In this document: piece by piece, positions 1 through 6,996 of the stretch
Layout: every line of letters begins with the position of its first letter
Numbering within the stretch: the first letter of the stretch is position 1
Source: Candidatus Nealsonbacteria bacterium
GTDB lineage: Bacteria; Patescibacteriota; Minisyncoccia; Minisyncoccales; JANBVM01
Direction of reading: 5' to 3'
Assembly: GCA_026016225.1 (NCBI GenBank)
Contig: CP061210.1
Location: 194,000 to 257,999 of the forward strand
DNA length: 64,000 nt
Notes under the pieces: generated by a model
What the model saw: only the letters and a program-made list of their open reading frames with translations
The model's database searches: none
What the model was told of the DNA's origin: nothing
Translations under genes and position numbers: made by a program

Positions 1-123
1 AAACATATTCGTAGAGAAAAGGCTCGAATTCGGAGAGAGGTTTTTGATTTTAAAAAAAGAGAAAAATTAATTAAAGAACTGTATCAAAAATTTTTAAAAA
101 AAGACAAAAACTATGAAAATTAA
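1..123 (+). CDS. C-terminal fragment of an unknown gene that runs off the left edge
   Basis: Frame 1 is open from base 1 to TAA at 121-123 (KHIRREKARIRREVFDFKKREKLIKELYQKFLKKDKNYEN*). It overlaps the next ATG at 113. No family recognised. Confidence 0.3.
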   Translation, partial: KHIRREKARIRREVFDFKKREKLIKELYQKFLKKDKNYEN

Positions 124-1063
124 AGAAATTTTTAACTTAGCAATAAATAAAGCAATAGATGCTGATTTCAGGGGAAGGGAAGGAGTGAAGAATCTTTTAA
201 AGAGAAGAAATAAAAAGTACGAAAAGTTATCAGAAGAAGAAAAAAGAAATTTCGATAGAGAAGCATTAAAGAATCCTTATTTGGATTCGAGGGTTTTAAA
301 TGTGGCTGAAGATAAAGAAATAAAAAAGGTTTTAGCGGGAATAGATATTCACCCCGCCGAAATTTTATTGGCCAAAGAGGTAGGTCTTATTGATTTGATT
401 ATCTCTCATCATCCCTTGGGAAAGGCATTAGCTAATCTGTCTGAAGTAATGGAACTTCAGTGTGATGTCCTGAATCAATACGGAGTACCGATAAATATTG
501 CCGAGGGTTTAATGAAAGAAAGGATTTCAGAGGTGGCTAGAGGAGTAAGCAAACTAAACCATCAAAGAACCGTGGATGCTGCAAAGATTCTCAAATTTAA
601 CTTAATGTGTCTTCATACTGTTTGTGATAACTTAGCAGCAAGGTTTTTAAAAGAGGAAATTGAAAAGGAAGGGGATAATATAATGAGGATTGAAGACTTA
701 GTAGAATTTTTAGAGAATATTCAAGAATATAAAAAAGCCAGGGAGTTTGGGTCAGGACCTAAGATTTTTGTTGGAAATAAAGAAAACCGCTGCGGTAAGA
801 TAGCTCTTACGGAAATAACAGGTGGTACAGAAGGTTCCCCAAAACTATACGAAAAAATGGCTATAGCCGGTATTGGAACTATTATCGGAATGCATATTTC
901 AGAGGAGCATAAAAAAGAAGCTGAAGCAGCAAATATAAACGTAGTTATTGCAGGACATATGAGCTCTGATTCTTTGGGCGTTAATTTGTTCTTAGATGAG
1001 CTTGAAAAAAGAGGTATAAAAATCATTCCTTGTTCGGGATTGATTAGGGTTTCCCGCCTCTAA
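113..1063 (+). CDS. NIF3 (YbgI / GTP cyclohydrolase I type 2 homolog) family metal-binding protein
   Basis: 316-aa ORF. GIDIHPAEILLAKEVGLIDLIISHHPL and the C-terminal VVIAGHMSSD blocks look like the conserved His clusters of NIF3-family proteins. Confidence 0.7.
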   Translation: MKIKEIFNLAINKAIDADFRGREGVKNLLKRRNKKYEKLSEEEKRNFDREALKNPYLDSRVLNVAEDKEIKKVLAGIDIHPAEILLAKEVGLIDLIISHHPLGKALANLSEVMELQCDVLNQYGVPINIAEGLMKERISEVARGVSKLNHQRTVDAAKILKFNLMCLHTVCDNLAARFLKEEIEKEGDNIMRIEDLVEFLENIQEYKKAREFGSGPKIFVGNKENRCGKIALTEITGGTEGSPKLYEKMAIAGIGTIIGMHISEEHKKEAEAANINVVIAGHMSSDSLGVNLFLDELEKRGIKIIPCSGLIRVSRL

Positions 1064-1218
1064 AAACACCACGAGAACTGTTTTCGTGGTAAGGTAAAGT
1101 CTAATTAATAAAACTGGCTATGGCTGAGAAGTTAGTTTTTGATACTTTAAAATAATGAAAAGTGGAATCCCAAAGCGAGAAAAGGTCAAAATCCAAAAAA
1201 GATTAATGAGAACAAAAT

Positions 1219-1416
1219 ATGAGTAAAATTTCTGTAAAAAGAAGACGGTTTGAGATAAAAATCAAACGAAAAAGAAAAGAAAAACTTAAAAAGCTAAAAG
1301 AGAAATATTTAAAAACTAAAAACAAAGAAGAAAAAAATAAAATTATAGAAAAAATTCAGAGAATAGCCCCTCATTATCCAATAGAAGAGATTTTAAAACA
1401 AGGAAAAGAAAAGTGA
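1219..1416 (+). CDS. small Lys/Arg-rich protein, unknown function
   Basis: 65-aa ORF (MSKISVKRRRFEIKIKRKRKEKLKKLKEKY...). Its stop overlaps the GTG start of the next gene (GTGA at 1413-1416). In AT-rich DNA it could be a chance low-complexity ORF. Confidence 0.4.
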   Translation: MSKISVKRRRFEIKIKRKRKEKLKKLKEKYLKTKNKEEKNKIIEKIQRIAPHYPIEEILKQGKEK

Positions 1417-2270
1417 AAAAGAAAAAAACAATTTTTTTAAAAAAGTTCTGGAAAATTTTTATTGTTGAATTTTTTTTGTTTTCTCTAACCTTAGTATTAG
1501 GAATTACTACTGCTTTTAAATCTAATAAAATACTTACAATTCAAAAAATAGAGATTCCCCAGATTTCTTTCTGGCGCTTCATTTTCCAATTCTTTTTAGC
1601 CAGCATATTTATTTTTCTTATTATTCGTTTGATAAAAACTAAAAAGAAAAAAAGATTAATCTTTAAAATCCTTTTTGTTTTAACTATTTTTTTAGGGGGA
1701 GTACTAATGCTTAGCGTTTGGATTCCGGATATTATTTCTTTAATTTTAATAAGTGTTTTGATTCTTTGGTGGTGGAAGCAACCCTCGATTTTAATTCAAG
1801 ACCTTTGTATTATTTTGGCAATTGCTGGAGTAGGTAGTATTTTGGGTTTAACTCTTGCACCTGAAATAGTTATGGCTCTTTTAATAATTTTTTCAGTTTA
1901 TGATTTTATAGCAGTTTATAAAACAAAACATATGATTGAGATGGCAAAAGAGATGGTTAAGAGCAGGGCTGTTCTGGGGTTGATTATTCCTCCAAATCTC
2001 TCTGCTTTTTTTGAACCATTAAAAGAAATTAAACCGGGTGGAGAATTTTTAATCTTGGGTGGGGGAGATATAGTTTTTCCTTTGCTTTTCTGTTGTTCTT
2101 TGATTCCTTTTGGAGTTTTAAAATCTTTGATTGTCGGTTTTTTTTCTTTAATCGGGCTTTCAGTTAGTTTTTGGTTTTTTCTTTCACAAAAAAAAAGGCA
2201 GCCCATTCCTGCCCTACCTCCTATTGCTCTATTTTCTATTTTAGGTTATTTAATCACAAAACTTATTTAA
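1413..2270 (+). CDS. presenilin / signal-peptide-peptidase-like GxGD intramembrane aspartyl protease (A22 family homolog)
   Basis: Polytopic membrane protein with ordered YD (SVYDFIAVYKTKHM), GxGD (LGGGDIVFP) and PAL (PIPALPP) motifs. Confidence 0.7.
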   Translation: MKKKKTIFLKKFWKIFIVEFFLFSLTLVLGITTAFKSNKILTIQKIEIPQISFWRFIFQFFLASIFIFLIIRLIKTKKKKRLIFKILFVLTIFLGGVLMLSVWIPDIISLILISVLILWWWKQPSILIQDLCIILAIAGVGSILGLTLAPEIVMALLIIFSVYDFIAVYKTKHMIEMAKEMVKSRAVLGLIIPPNLSAFFEPLKEIKPGGEFLILGGGDIVFPLLFCCSLIPFGVLKSLIVGFFSLIGLSVSFWFFLSQKKRQPIPALPPIALFSILGYLITKLI

Positions 2271-2274
2271 AGTG

Positions 2275-2298
2275 AAAAAGGAGCTCAGCTCCTTTTTT
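2275..2298 (+). terminator. rho-independent terminator after the presenilin-like gene
   Basis: AAAAAGGAGC-tca-GCTCCTTTTTT hairpin followed by a T-run. Confidence 0.7.
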
Positions 2299-2307
2299 AT
2301 TTGTAAT

Positions 2308-2336
2308 TTGACAAAGTTTGGAAAATGAGGCAGAAT
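2308..2336 (+). promoter_or_regulatory. sigma70-type promoter for the 2449 orphan gene
   Basis: TTGACA (2308-2313), 17-nt spacer, CAGAAT (2331-2336). Confidence 0.45.
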
Positions 2337-2448
2337 AGAATAGTTAAATTTAAAATTAAAAAGGTGATGTAAAATAACAGAAAAAGAACCAGAAGAATTA
2401 TCTTTTGAAGAGCCAATCTGTCCCTTTTGCGGAGCGGAATTAAGATTA

Positions 2449-3147
2449 ATGGAGTCATTCTGTGCTTATTGTGGAATAGGATTTGAAGAAATGGACGGAG
2501 AGGCGGCCATTATTGCTCGTCAAAGAAGAGTTCAAAAAATAATGGGCAAAAACTTCTTTGGCGTTGAGGAGGTGGCTAAATATTTCGGCATTCAACTTAC
2601 CAAAGAAGAACTATCAAAAATAGCAGAAATTCCCTTTAGCGACAAGACGCTTCAGGAATGTAAAGACACCCATATTCTCTTTTTAGGTATTAACCGTGAC
2701 AAAGAAGGAAAGCCCCTGACTATCCATCGTTTCAAAGAGATGTTCCCTGAAAATGGTCAACCGAAATTCTATTCATATCAAGGTTCTTGGTATGACAAGG
2801 AAGAATTTGCTAACAAAGAAACACCTGAGCTTCGCTGGTATCTCATGAGAAAGTCGATTCTTGAAGAAAGCAGGTCAAAGACCTACGAACAGCAAGAAAA
2901 GCTTCTCAAGGAGAACGAAGAAAGAGAGCGTGCCATTGTCTACGTCTACGAAATGCTCCTGATGTTCAAGGCTACAGGTGAACGGCTATTTAAGGACGAC
3001 GACTGTGTCTGGTGTAAAGATATTGACGTTGCTGGCTTCCATGTCTATATCGGTGAGTTCGGCTTGGAGGATTTCAGCGTCGGCTACTGGTGGGGCGACG
3101 ACGGCTGGGATAATATGGGTCTCGCTCCCGCTCGGAAATTTGACTGA
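2449..3147 (+). CDS. hypothetical protein; probable N-terminal zinc ribbon, so the true start is likely upstream (about 2374)
   Basis: 232-aa ORF from the track. The same frame is open back to 2368 and encodes CPFC-x10-CAYC, which straddles the annotated Met. Visibly higher GC than the flanks. No family recognised. Confidence 0.6.
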   Translation: MESFCAYCGIGFEEMDGEAAIIARQRRVQKIMGKNFFGVEEVAKYFGIQLTKEELSKIAEIPFSDKTLQECKDTHILFLGINRDKEGKPLTIHRFKEMFPENGQPKFYSYQGSWYDKEEFANKETPELRWYLMRKSILEESRSKTYEQQEKLLKENEERERAIVYVYEMLLMFKATGERLFKDDDCVWCKDIDVAGFHVYIGEFGLEDFSVGYWWGDDGWDNMGLAPARKFD

Positions 3148-3185
3148 GCCTCGACAACTTGGCTACTTGTCTCTTTTGAACCTTA

Positions 3186-3226
3186 AGCCTTCGGCAAAAT
3201 TTTTTCACTGAAGGCTCTTTTTATTT
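3186..3226 (+). terminator. rho-independent terminator after the orphan gene
   Basis: AGCCTTC (3186-3192) pairs with GAAGGCT (3210-3216), followed by CTTTTTATTTT. Confidence 0.6.
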
Positions 3227-3256
3227 TGGCAGCGAGGACACCCCCGCCTCGCCGGA

Positions 3257-3289
3257 AAATGAAAAAGGAGCTTAGATCCCTTTTCATTT
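3257..3289 (-). terminator. terminator for elp3 (minus strand)
   Basis: AAATGAAAAAGG / CCTTTTCATTT hairpin with one bulged A, followed by a T-run on the minus strand. It lies 17 nt downstream of the elp3 stop. Confidence 0.55.
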
Positions 3290-3305
3290 AAGAATAGAGC
3301 TATTT

Positions 3306-4871
3306 CTATTTTAGGGATTTTACCACATAGCTATCTCTTAGCTTATATCCAAACTTGCGGTAATATTCACGGGTTCCGACTGCTGAAATTACAGCTATTT
3401 TATTTAACCCAAATTCTTTTTTAGCTATTTCTTCAGCTTTTTTAATTAATTTTTTTCCTAAACCTCTATGTTGAGGAGCCAATTTTCTTTCTGAAATTGG
3501 CACAAGCTGCCCATAAGTATGGATTTCTCTGATAATAGCAGCGTCCTGTAAAACAGGGAGAAAATGCTTCTTTTGGGTTATTCTTAACCTTAATAAACTG
3601 TAGAGTCTTTCTCTTTTTTTATTTTCAAAAGTTAAAAATGTCTCTTTCCCTTCAGAAGCTTCATAATCTTTTCTATATAAATATAATTTTTCCTCTAAAT
3701 TATATTTGTCTTTAATTTCCCTACAGCGAATACATTTGCATTTCCAACCCTCCTTTTTTATCTCTTTTGCAACAACCTGCCTAAGATTTGATATTTTAGC
3801 AGGCCCTGTAATGATTCTTGGTGAAGGAATGTCTCTTATTATTCTTTCTATTCTGACATAATAAGGGATTTTCTTTTTAGCTTGTTTTATAATATCTATT
3901 AAGGTTTTTTCAGAATAAGGTTTGTATTTTCCTTTTAGATACCATTTATAGAGAGGAGCTTCCTTTAAAAGTGCACAAGGATATATTTTTAAAGAATCTG
4001 GTTTAAAATCAGGGTTTTTGAAAAGTTCCTCGAACATTCTTTTATCTTTTTGTGGGTTTGAACCCGGTAGATTAAGCATCATTTGATACGAAATTTTAAA
4101 CCCCGCATCCTTTAAGAGTTTGGTTGCTTTTATAATGGCTTTTACCTTATGTCCTCTCTGGTTTAAATTCAAAACATCATCATAAATACTCTGGATTCCC
4201 ATTTCCACCTTTGTAATTCCTAATCTTCTCATTCTTTTTATTTCTTTTTCATCAATAAAGTCAGGTCTTGTTTCAATGGAAAAACCTATAATTCTATGTT
4301 TTGTTGTTTCGTTTAATTTTTGAGCTTTTTTTAAATTTTTACTTAGTTTCTTATTACAGCCATCAAAACATCTTTTTACAAACCATGTTTGATATTGTTT
4401 AGGATAATAAGACCAGGTTCCTCCAATAATCCTTAAATCTATTTTGTCGGTGGGATGCCCCTGTATTTTTAACATTTCTACTCTTTTTTTTACCTGTAAA
4501 TAAGGATTATAATTTAAATTTTTTGCTCTTTCTACTGCAGGTTCTCCCGACAAATAACTTTTAGGGATACCCTTTTCTTCCGGACAATAAAGACATCTGC
4601 CAGGGCAAGGATAAGGCTTTGTTAGTACTGAAACGTTGATAATTCCAGAAAGAGAACGGACAGGTCTGGTTTTGAGTAAATTTTCAAGGTTATTACTTTT
4701 TTTTATTCTTTTATCTTTTAATAATTCATGATAAGCTTTTAATAACCAGATATTAGTTGGAAAAGGGATTTTATATTTTTTAGAGATATTTCTTTTAAAA
4801 GAAGTTAAATCAGCCCGGGTCCTAATCCGATTCTTTATTATATCTTTAATAATTAATTTTTGGATTTTCAT
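3306..4871 (-). CDS. elp3: Elp3-family radical SAM / GNAT acetyltransferase (tRNA U34 carboxymethylation enzyme homolog)
   Basis: 521 aa. N-terminal radical-SAM cysteine triad CPGRCLYCP. C-terminal GNAT block QHRGLGKKLIKKAEEIA...VISAVGTREYYRKFGY, typical of Elp3 (COG1243). Confidence 0.8.
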   Translation of the reverse strand: MKIQKLIIKDIIKNRIRTRADLTSFKRNISKKYKIPFPTNIWLLKAYHELLKDKRIKKSNNLENLLKTRPVRSLSGIINVSVLTKPYPCPGRCLYCPEEKGIPKSYLSGEPAVERAKNLNYNPYLQVKKRVEMLKIQGHPTDKIDLRIIGGTWSYYPKQYQTWFVKRCFDGCNKKLSKNLKKAQKLNETTKHRIIGFSIETRPDFIDEKEIKRMRRLGITKVEMGIQSIYDDVLNLNQRGHKVKAIIKATKLLKDAGFKISYQMMLNLPGSNPQKDKRMFEELFKNPDFKPDSLKIYPCALLKEAPLYKWYLKGKYKPYSEKTLIDIIKQAKKKIPYYVRIERIIRDIPSPRIITGPAKISNLRQVVAKEIKKEGWKCKCIRCREIKDKYNLEEKLYLYRKDYEASEGKETFLTFENKKRERLYSLLRLRITQKKHFLPVLQDAAIIREIHTYGQLVPISERKLAPQHRGLGKKLIKKAEEIAKKEFGLNKIAVISAVGTREYYRKFGYKLRDSYVVKSLK

Positions 4872-4913
4872 AAAAGCTTTAAATTAAAAGGAGAAAGTTT
4901 CAATCGTTGGATT

Positions 4914-5618
4914 ATGGAAAGAAAATATGCCAAATCCTTGTTAGAAAAAACTAAACAAGATTATAACTTAATCGCTAAGGATTTTTCAAGAACCAGAAGT
5001 TATCCCTGGCAAGAAATTAAGTTTTTGTTTAATGCCTATTTAAGCCAGAACGAGAAAGTTTTGGATTTGGGTTGCGGAAACGGTAGATACTTCCCATTTT
5101 TTAGGGAAAAACAGGCGGAGTATTTTGGAGTCGATAATTCTGCAGAATTGATTAAAATTGCAAAAAATAAATATCCTGAAGCGAGATTTTCAGTGGAAGA
5201 TGCCTTAAATTTGTCTTTTCCAAATAATTTTTTTGACAAAGTTTACAACATTGCTGTTTTACACCAAATACCCTCAGAGGAATTCCGAACCCGCTTATTA
5301 CAAGAGATAAAAAGAACCTTGAAATTTAAAGGATTATTAATTCTGACTGTCTGGAAATTTCACAGATGGGAAGAATTATCTCTATTATTAAAATATATAA
5401 TTCTAAAGATAATTGGGAAATCAAAACTGGATTGGGGAGATGTTTTTATACCCTGGGGCAGAAAAACTGAAAGATACTATCATTGTTTCTCTAAAAAAGA
5501 ATTAGAGGGTTTAATAAAAAAAGTTGGATTTAAACTTGTAGACTCCGGGATAGCAAAAGACAAAAAAGGAAATAGGCAGAACATATATATAGTAGCACAA
5601 AAGTATCTGGGAGAATAA
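4914..5618 (+). CDS. class I SAM-dependent methyltransferase, Trm9/ALKBH8-MTase-like
   Basis: DYNLIAKDFSRTRSYPWQEI followed by VLDLGCGNGRY matches the Trm9 N-terminal FS.TR..PW block plus SAM motif I. The track start at 4860 overlaps the elp3 start, so ATG 4914 (MERKY...) is preferred. Confidence 0.6.
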   Translation: MERKYAKSLLEKTKQDYNLIAKDFSRTRSYPWQEIKFLFNAYLSQNEKVLDLGCGNGRYFPFFREKQAEYFGVDNSAELIKIAKNKYPEARFSVEDALNLSFPNNFFDKVYNIAVLHQIPSEEFRTRLLQEIKRTLKFKGLLILTVWKFHRWEELSLLLKYIILKIIGKSKLDWGDVFIPWGRKTERYYHCFSKKELEGLIKKVGFKLVDSGIAKDKKGNRQNIYIVAQKYLGE

Positions 5619-5635
5619 TTCATCCTTTATTTTTC

Positions 5636-5708
5636 GTCCCCATAGCTCAACAGGATAGAGTATAGGCTTCCGGAGCCCAAGATATAGGTTCAAATCCTAT
5701 TGGGGACA
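5636..5708 (+). tRNA. tRNA-Arg (anticodon CCG)
   Basis: Hand-folded cloverleaf. Acceptor GTCCCCA/TGGGGAC, D arm GCTC..GAGT, anticodon loop TTCCGGA, T arm ATAGG-TTCAAAT-CCTAT, discriminator A. No encoded CCA. Confidence 0.85.
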
Positions 5709-5744
5709 CAAATAAATATATTTTGAGCCATTTTTTAAACAGAC

Positions 5745-5774
5745 TTGACAATAATATCTCTTTTCACTTAAAAT
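5745..5774 (+). promoter_or_regulatory. sigma70-type promoter driving the candidate sRNA
   Basis: TTGACA (5745-5750), 18-nt spacer, TAAAAT (5769-5774). Confidence 0.5.
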
Positions 5775-5780
5775 TAAAGC

Positions 5781-5943
5781 TTGAAGGGGATACGGAATTG
5801 TTTTCGTAGGACAAGCAGTTTTTTAATGAAGGAGGCTGAAAGGAATTCCCTGGTGTTTGTCCAATCGGGTTTGAGCTTAGGCTGATTTCGGAAAAAATTG
5901 TTCTCTCCTTACTAAAAACGGGACGTTTTATCTTCCCGTTTTT
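5781..5943 (+). ncRNA. candidate small structured RNA, unclassified
   Basis: No ORF. Bounded by a near-consensus promoter and the terminator AAAACGGGA-loop-TCCCGTTTTT (5915-5943). Internal helices include ACGGAA-ttgt-TTTCGT, GGACAA...TTGTCC and the GGAATTCC palindrome. Confidence 0.35.
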
Positions 5944-5998
5944 AGTTTATGAAAAATTATTTTTTAAAAGAATATAAATATTTATAAGATTTTGGAAT

Positions 5999-6027
5999 TT
6001 GCTTTTTAAAGACCGGAAGTGTAAAAT
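5999..6027 (+). promoter_or_regulatory. promoter whose -10 box lies 9 nt from the start codon (leaderless-type)
   Basis: TTGCTT (5999-6004), 17-nt spacer, TAAAAT (6022-6027), ATG at 6037, no SD. Confidence 0.4.
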
Positions 6028-6036
6028 ATATTTATT

Positions 6037-6591
6037 ATGCGATATAAAATTGTAGTATCTGGGGCGGCTCAAATAAAGCATTGTTGTAAAGATATCGAAA
6101 ATATAGCCAAAGAAGTTGGTAGAGAGATTGCCCGTCAAGGATGTATCTTGGTTACAGGAGCTACGACAGGCATTCCCTATTTAGCTGCTTTAGGATTTAA
6201 AGAAATAGATGGAATTTCAATTGGTTTTTCTCCCGCAACCTCTGAGGCTGCTCACTTAAAGACCTATAGACTTCCAATAGATGCTTTTGATGTGATAGTT
6301 TATACCGGAGCTGATTATACTGGTAGAGATGTTATAATGACAAAAGCTGCAGACGGAGTAATTGTAATTTGCGGTCGAATGGGAACCTTACACGAGTTTG
6401 TGACTGCTTTTGAAACTCAAAAACCAATAGGTGTTTTAGAAGGAACAGGTGGAACAGCAGATAAAATAAGATATATAACTAAAGGCCCTTTTAGGGGGGT
6501 GAGAAGAATTATTTATGATAGAGAGCCGAAAAAATTAGTGAGAAGATTAATTAAGCAAATAAAAAAAGAAAAATTAAAGGTCGGAAGATAA
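6037..6591 (+). CDS. TIGR00725 / LOG-SLOG-type Rossmann-fold nucleotide-binding protein
   Basis: 184 aa. ILVTGATTGIP ... ADGVIVICGRMGTLHEF blocks are typical of the LOG/DprA-like (lysine-decarboxylase-like) fold. Confidence 0.55.
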   Translation: MRYKIVVSGAAQIKHCCKDIENIAKEVGREIARQGCILVTGATTGIPYLAALGFKEIDGISIGFSPATSEAAHLKTYRLPIDAFDVIVYTGADYTGRDVIMTKAADGVIVICGRMGTLHEFVTAFETQKPIGVLEGTGGTADKIRYITKGPFRGVRRIIYDREPKKLVRRLIKQIKKEKLKVGR

Positions 6592-6607
6592 TAACATCAA
6601 TTTAGAT

Positions 6608-6880
6608 ATGTCAGATAAACCACCCATACATGAGGAAGGAGAATTAATAGGGAAAATCACTCATTATTTCAGCAAGATTGAAGTGGCTATTATTGAACTG
6701 TCAGATAATTTAAAAGTAGGTGATAATATTAGGATAATAGGTGGAGAAACAGATTTTGAACAAACGATTGAATCAATAGAAATTGACCACAAAAAAGTTA
6801 AAGCAGCTAAAAAGGGCGAAACCATTGGTTTAAAAGTTGAGCAAAAAGTCAGAGAAGGCTATAAAGTCTATAAAATATAG
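6608..6880 (+). CDS. small EF-Tu-domain-2-like beta-barrel protein
   Basis: 90 aa. GKITHYFSKIEVAIIEL...VGDNIRI...KGETIGLKV resembles translation-factor domain II barrels. Confidence 0.35.
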   Translation: MSDKPPIHEEGELIGKITHYFSKIEVAIIELSDNLKVGDNIRIIGGETDFEQTIESIEIDHKKVKAAKKGETIGLKVEQKVREGYKVYKI

Positions 6881-6996
6881 AGAGGAGTAAAGCTATAAAT
6901 CAATAATTAAAGAGTAAGTATACTCCTAATAGACCAACAATATGATAGAGGTCCAATCTATCTACCAGTTGTTTTTATCTATTTTTTTAAAAAATA

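Noticed and set aside
1084-1106. Hairpin ACCACGA-gaactgttt-TCGTGGT after the NIF3-family gene, considered as a terminator or RNA element.
   Set aside because: There is no T-run after the stem and no second copy. The evidence is insufficient to call either a terminator or an ncRNA.
2367-2372. ATG-TAA start-stop mini-ORF right after the SD-like AAGGTG upstream of the orphan gene.
   Set aside because: The ATG directly abuts the SD (zero spacing), which is unfavourable for initiation. The in-frame ATA at 2374 explains the SD better.
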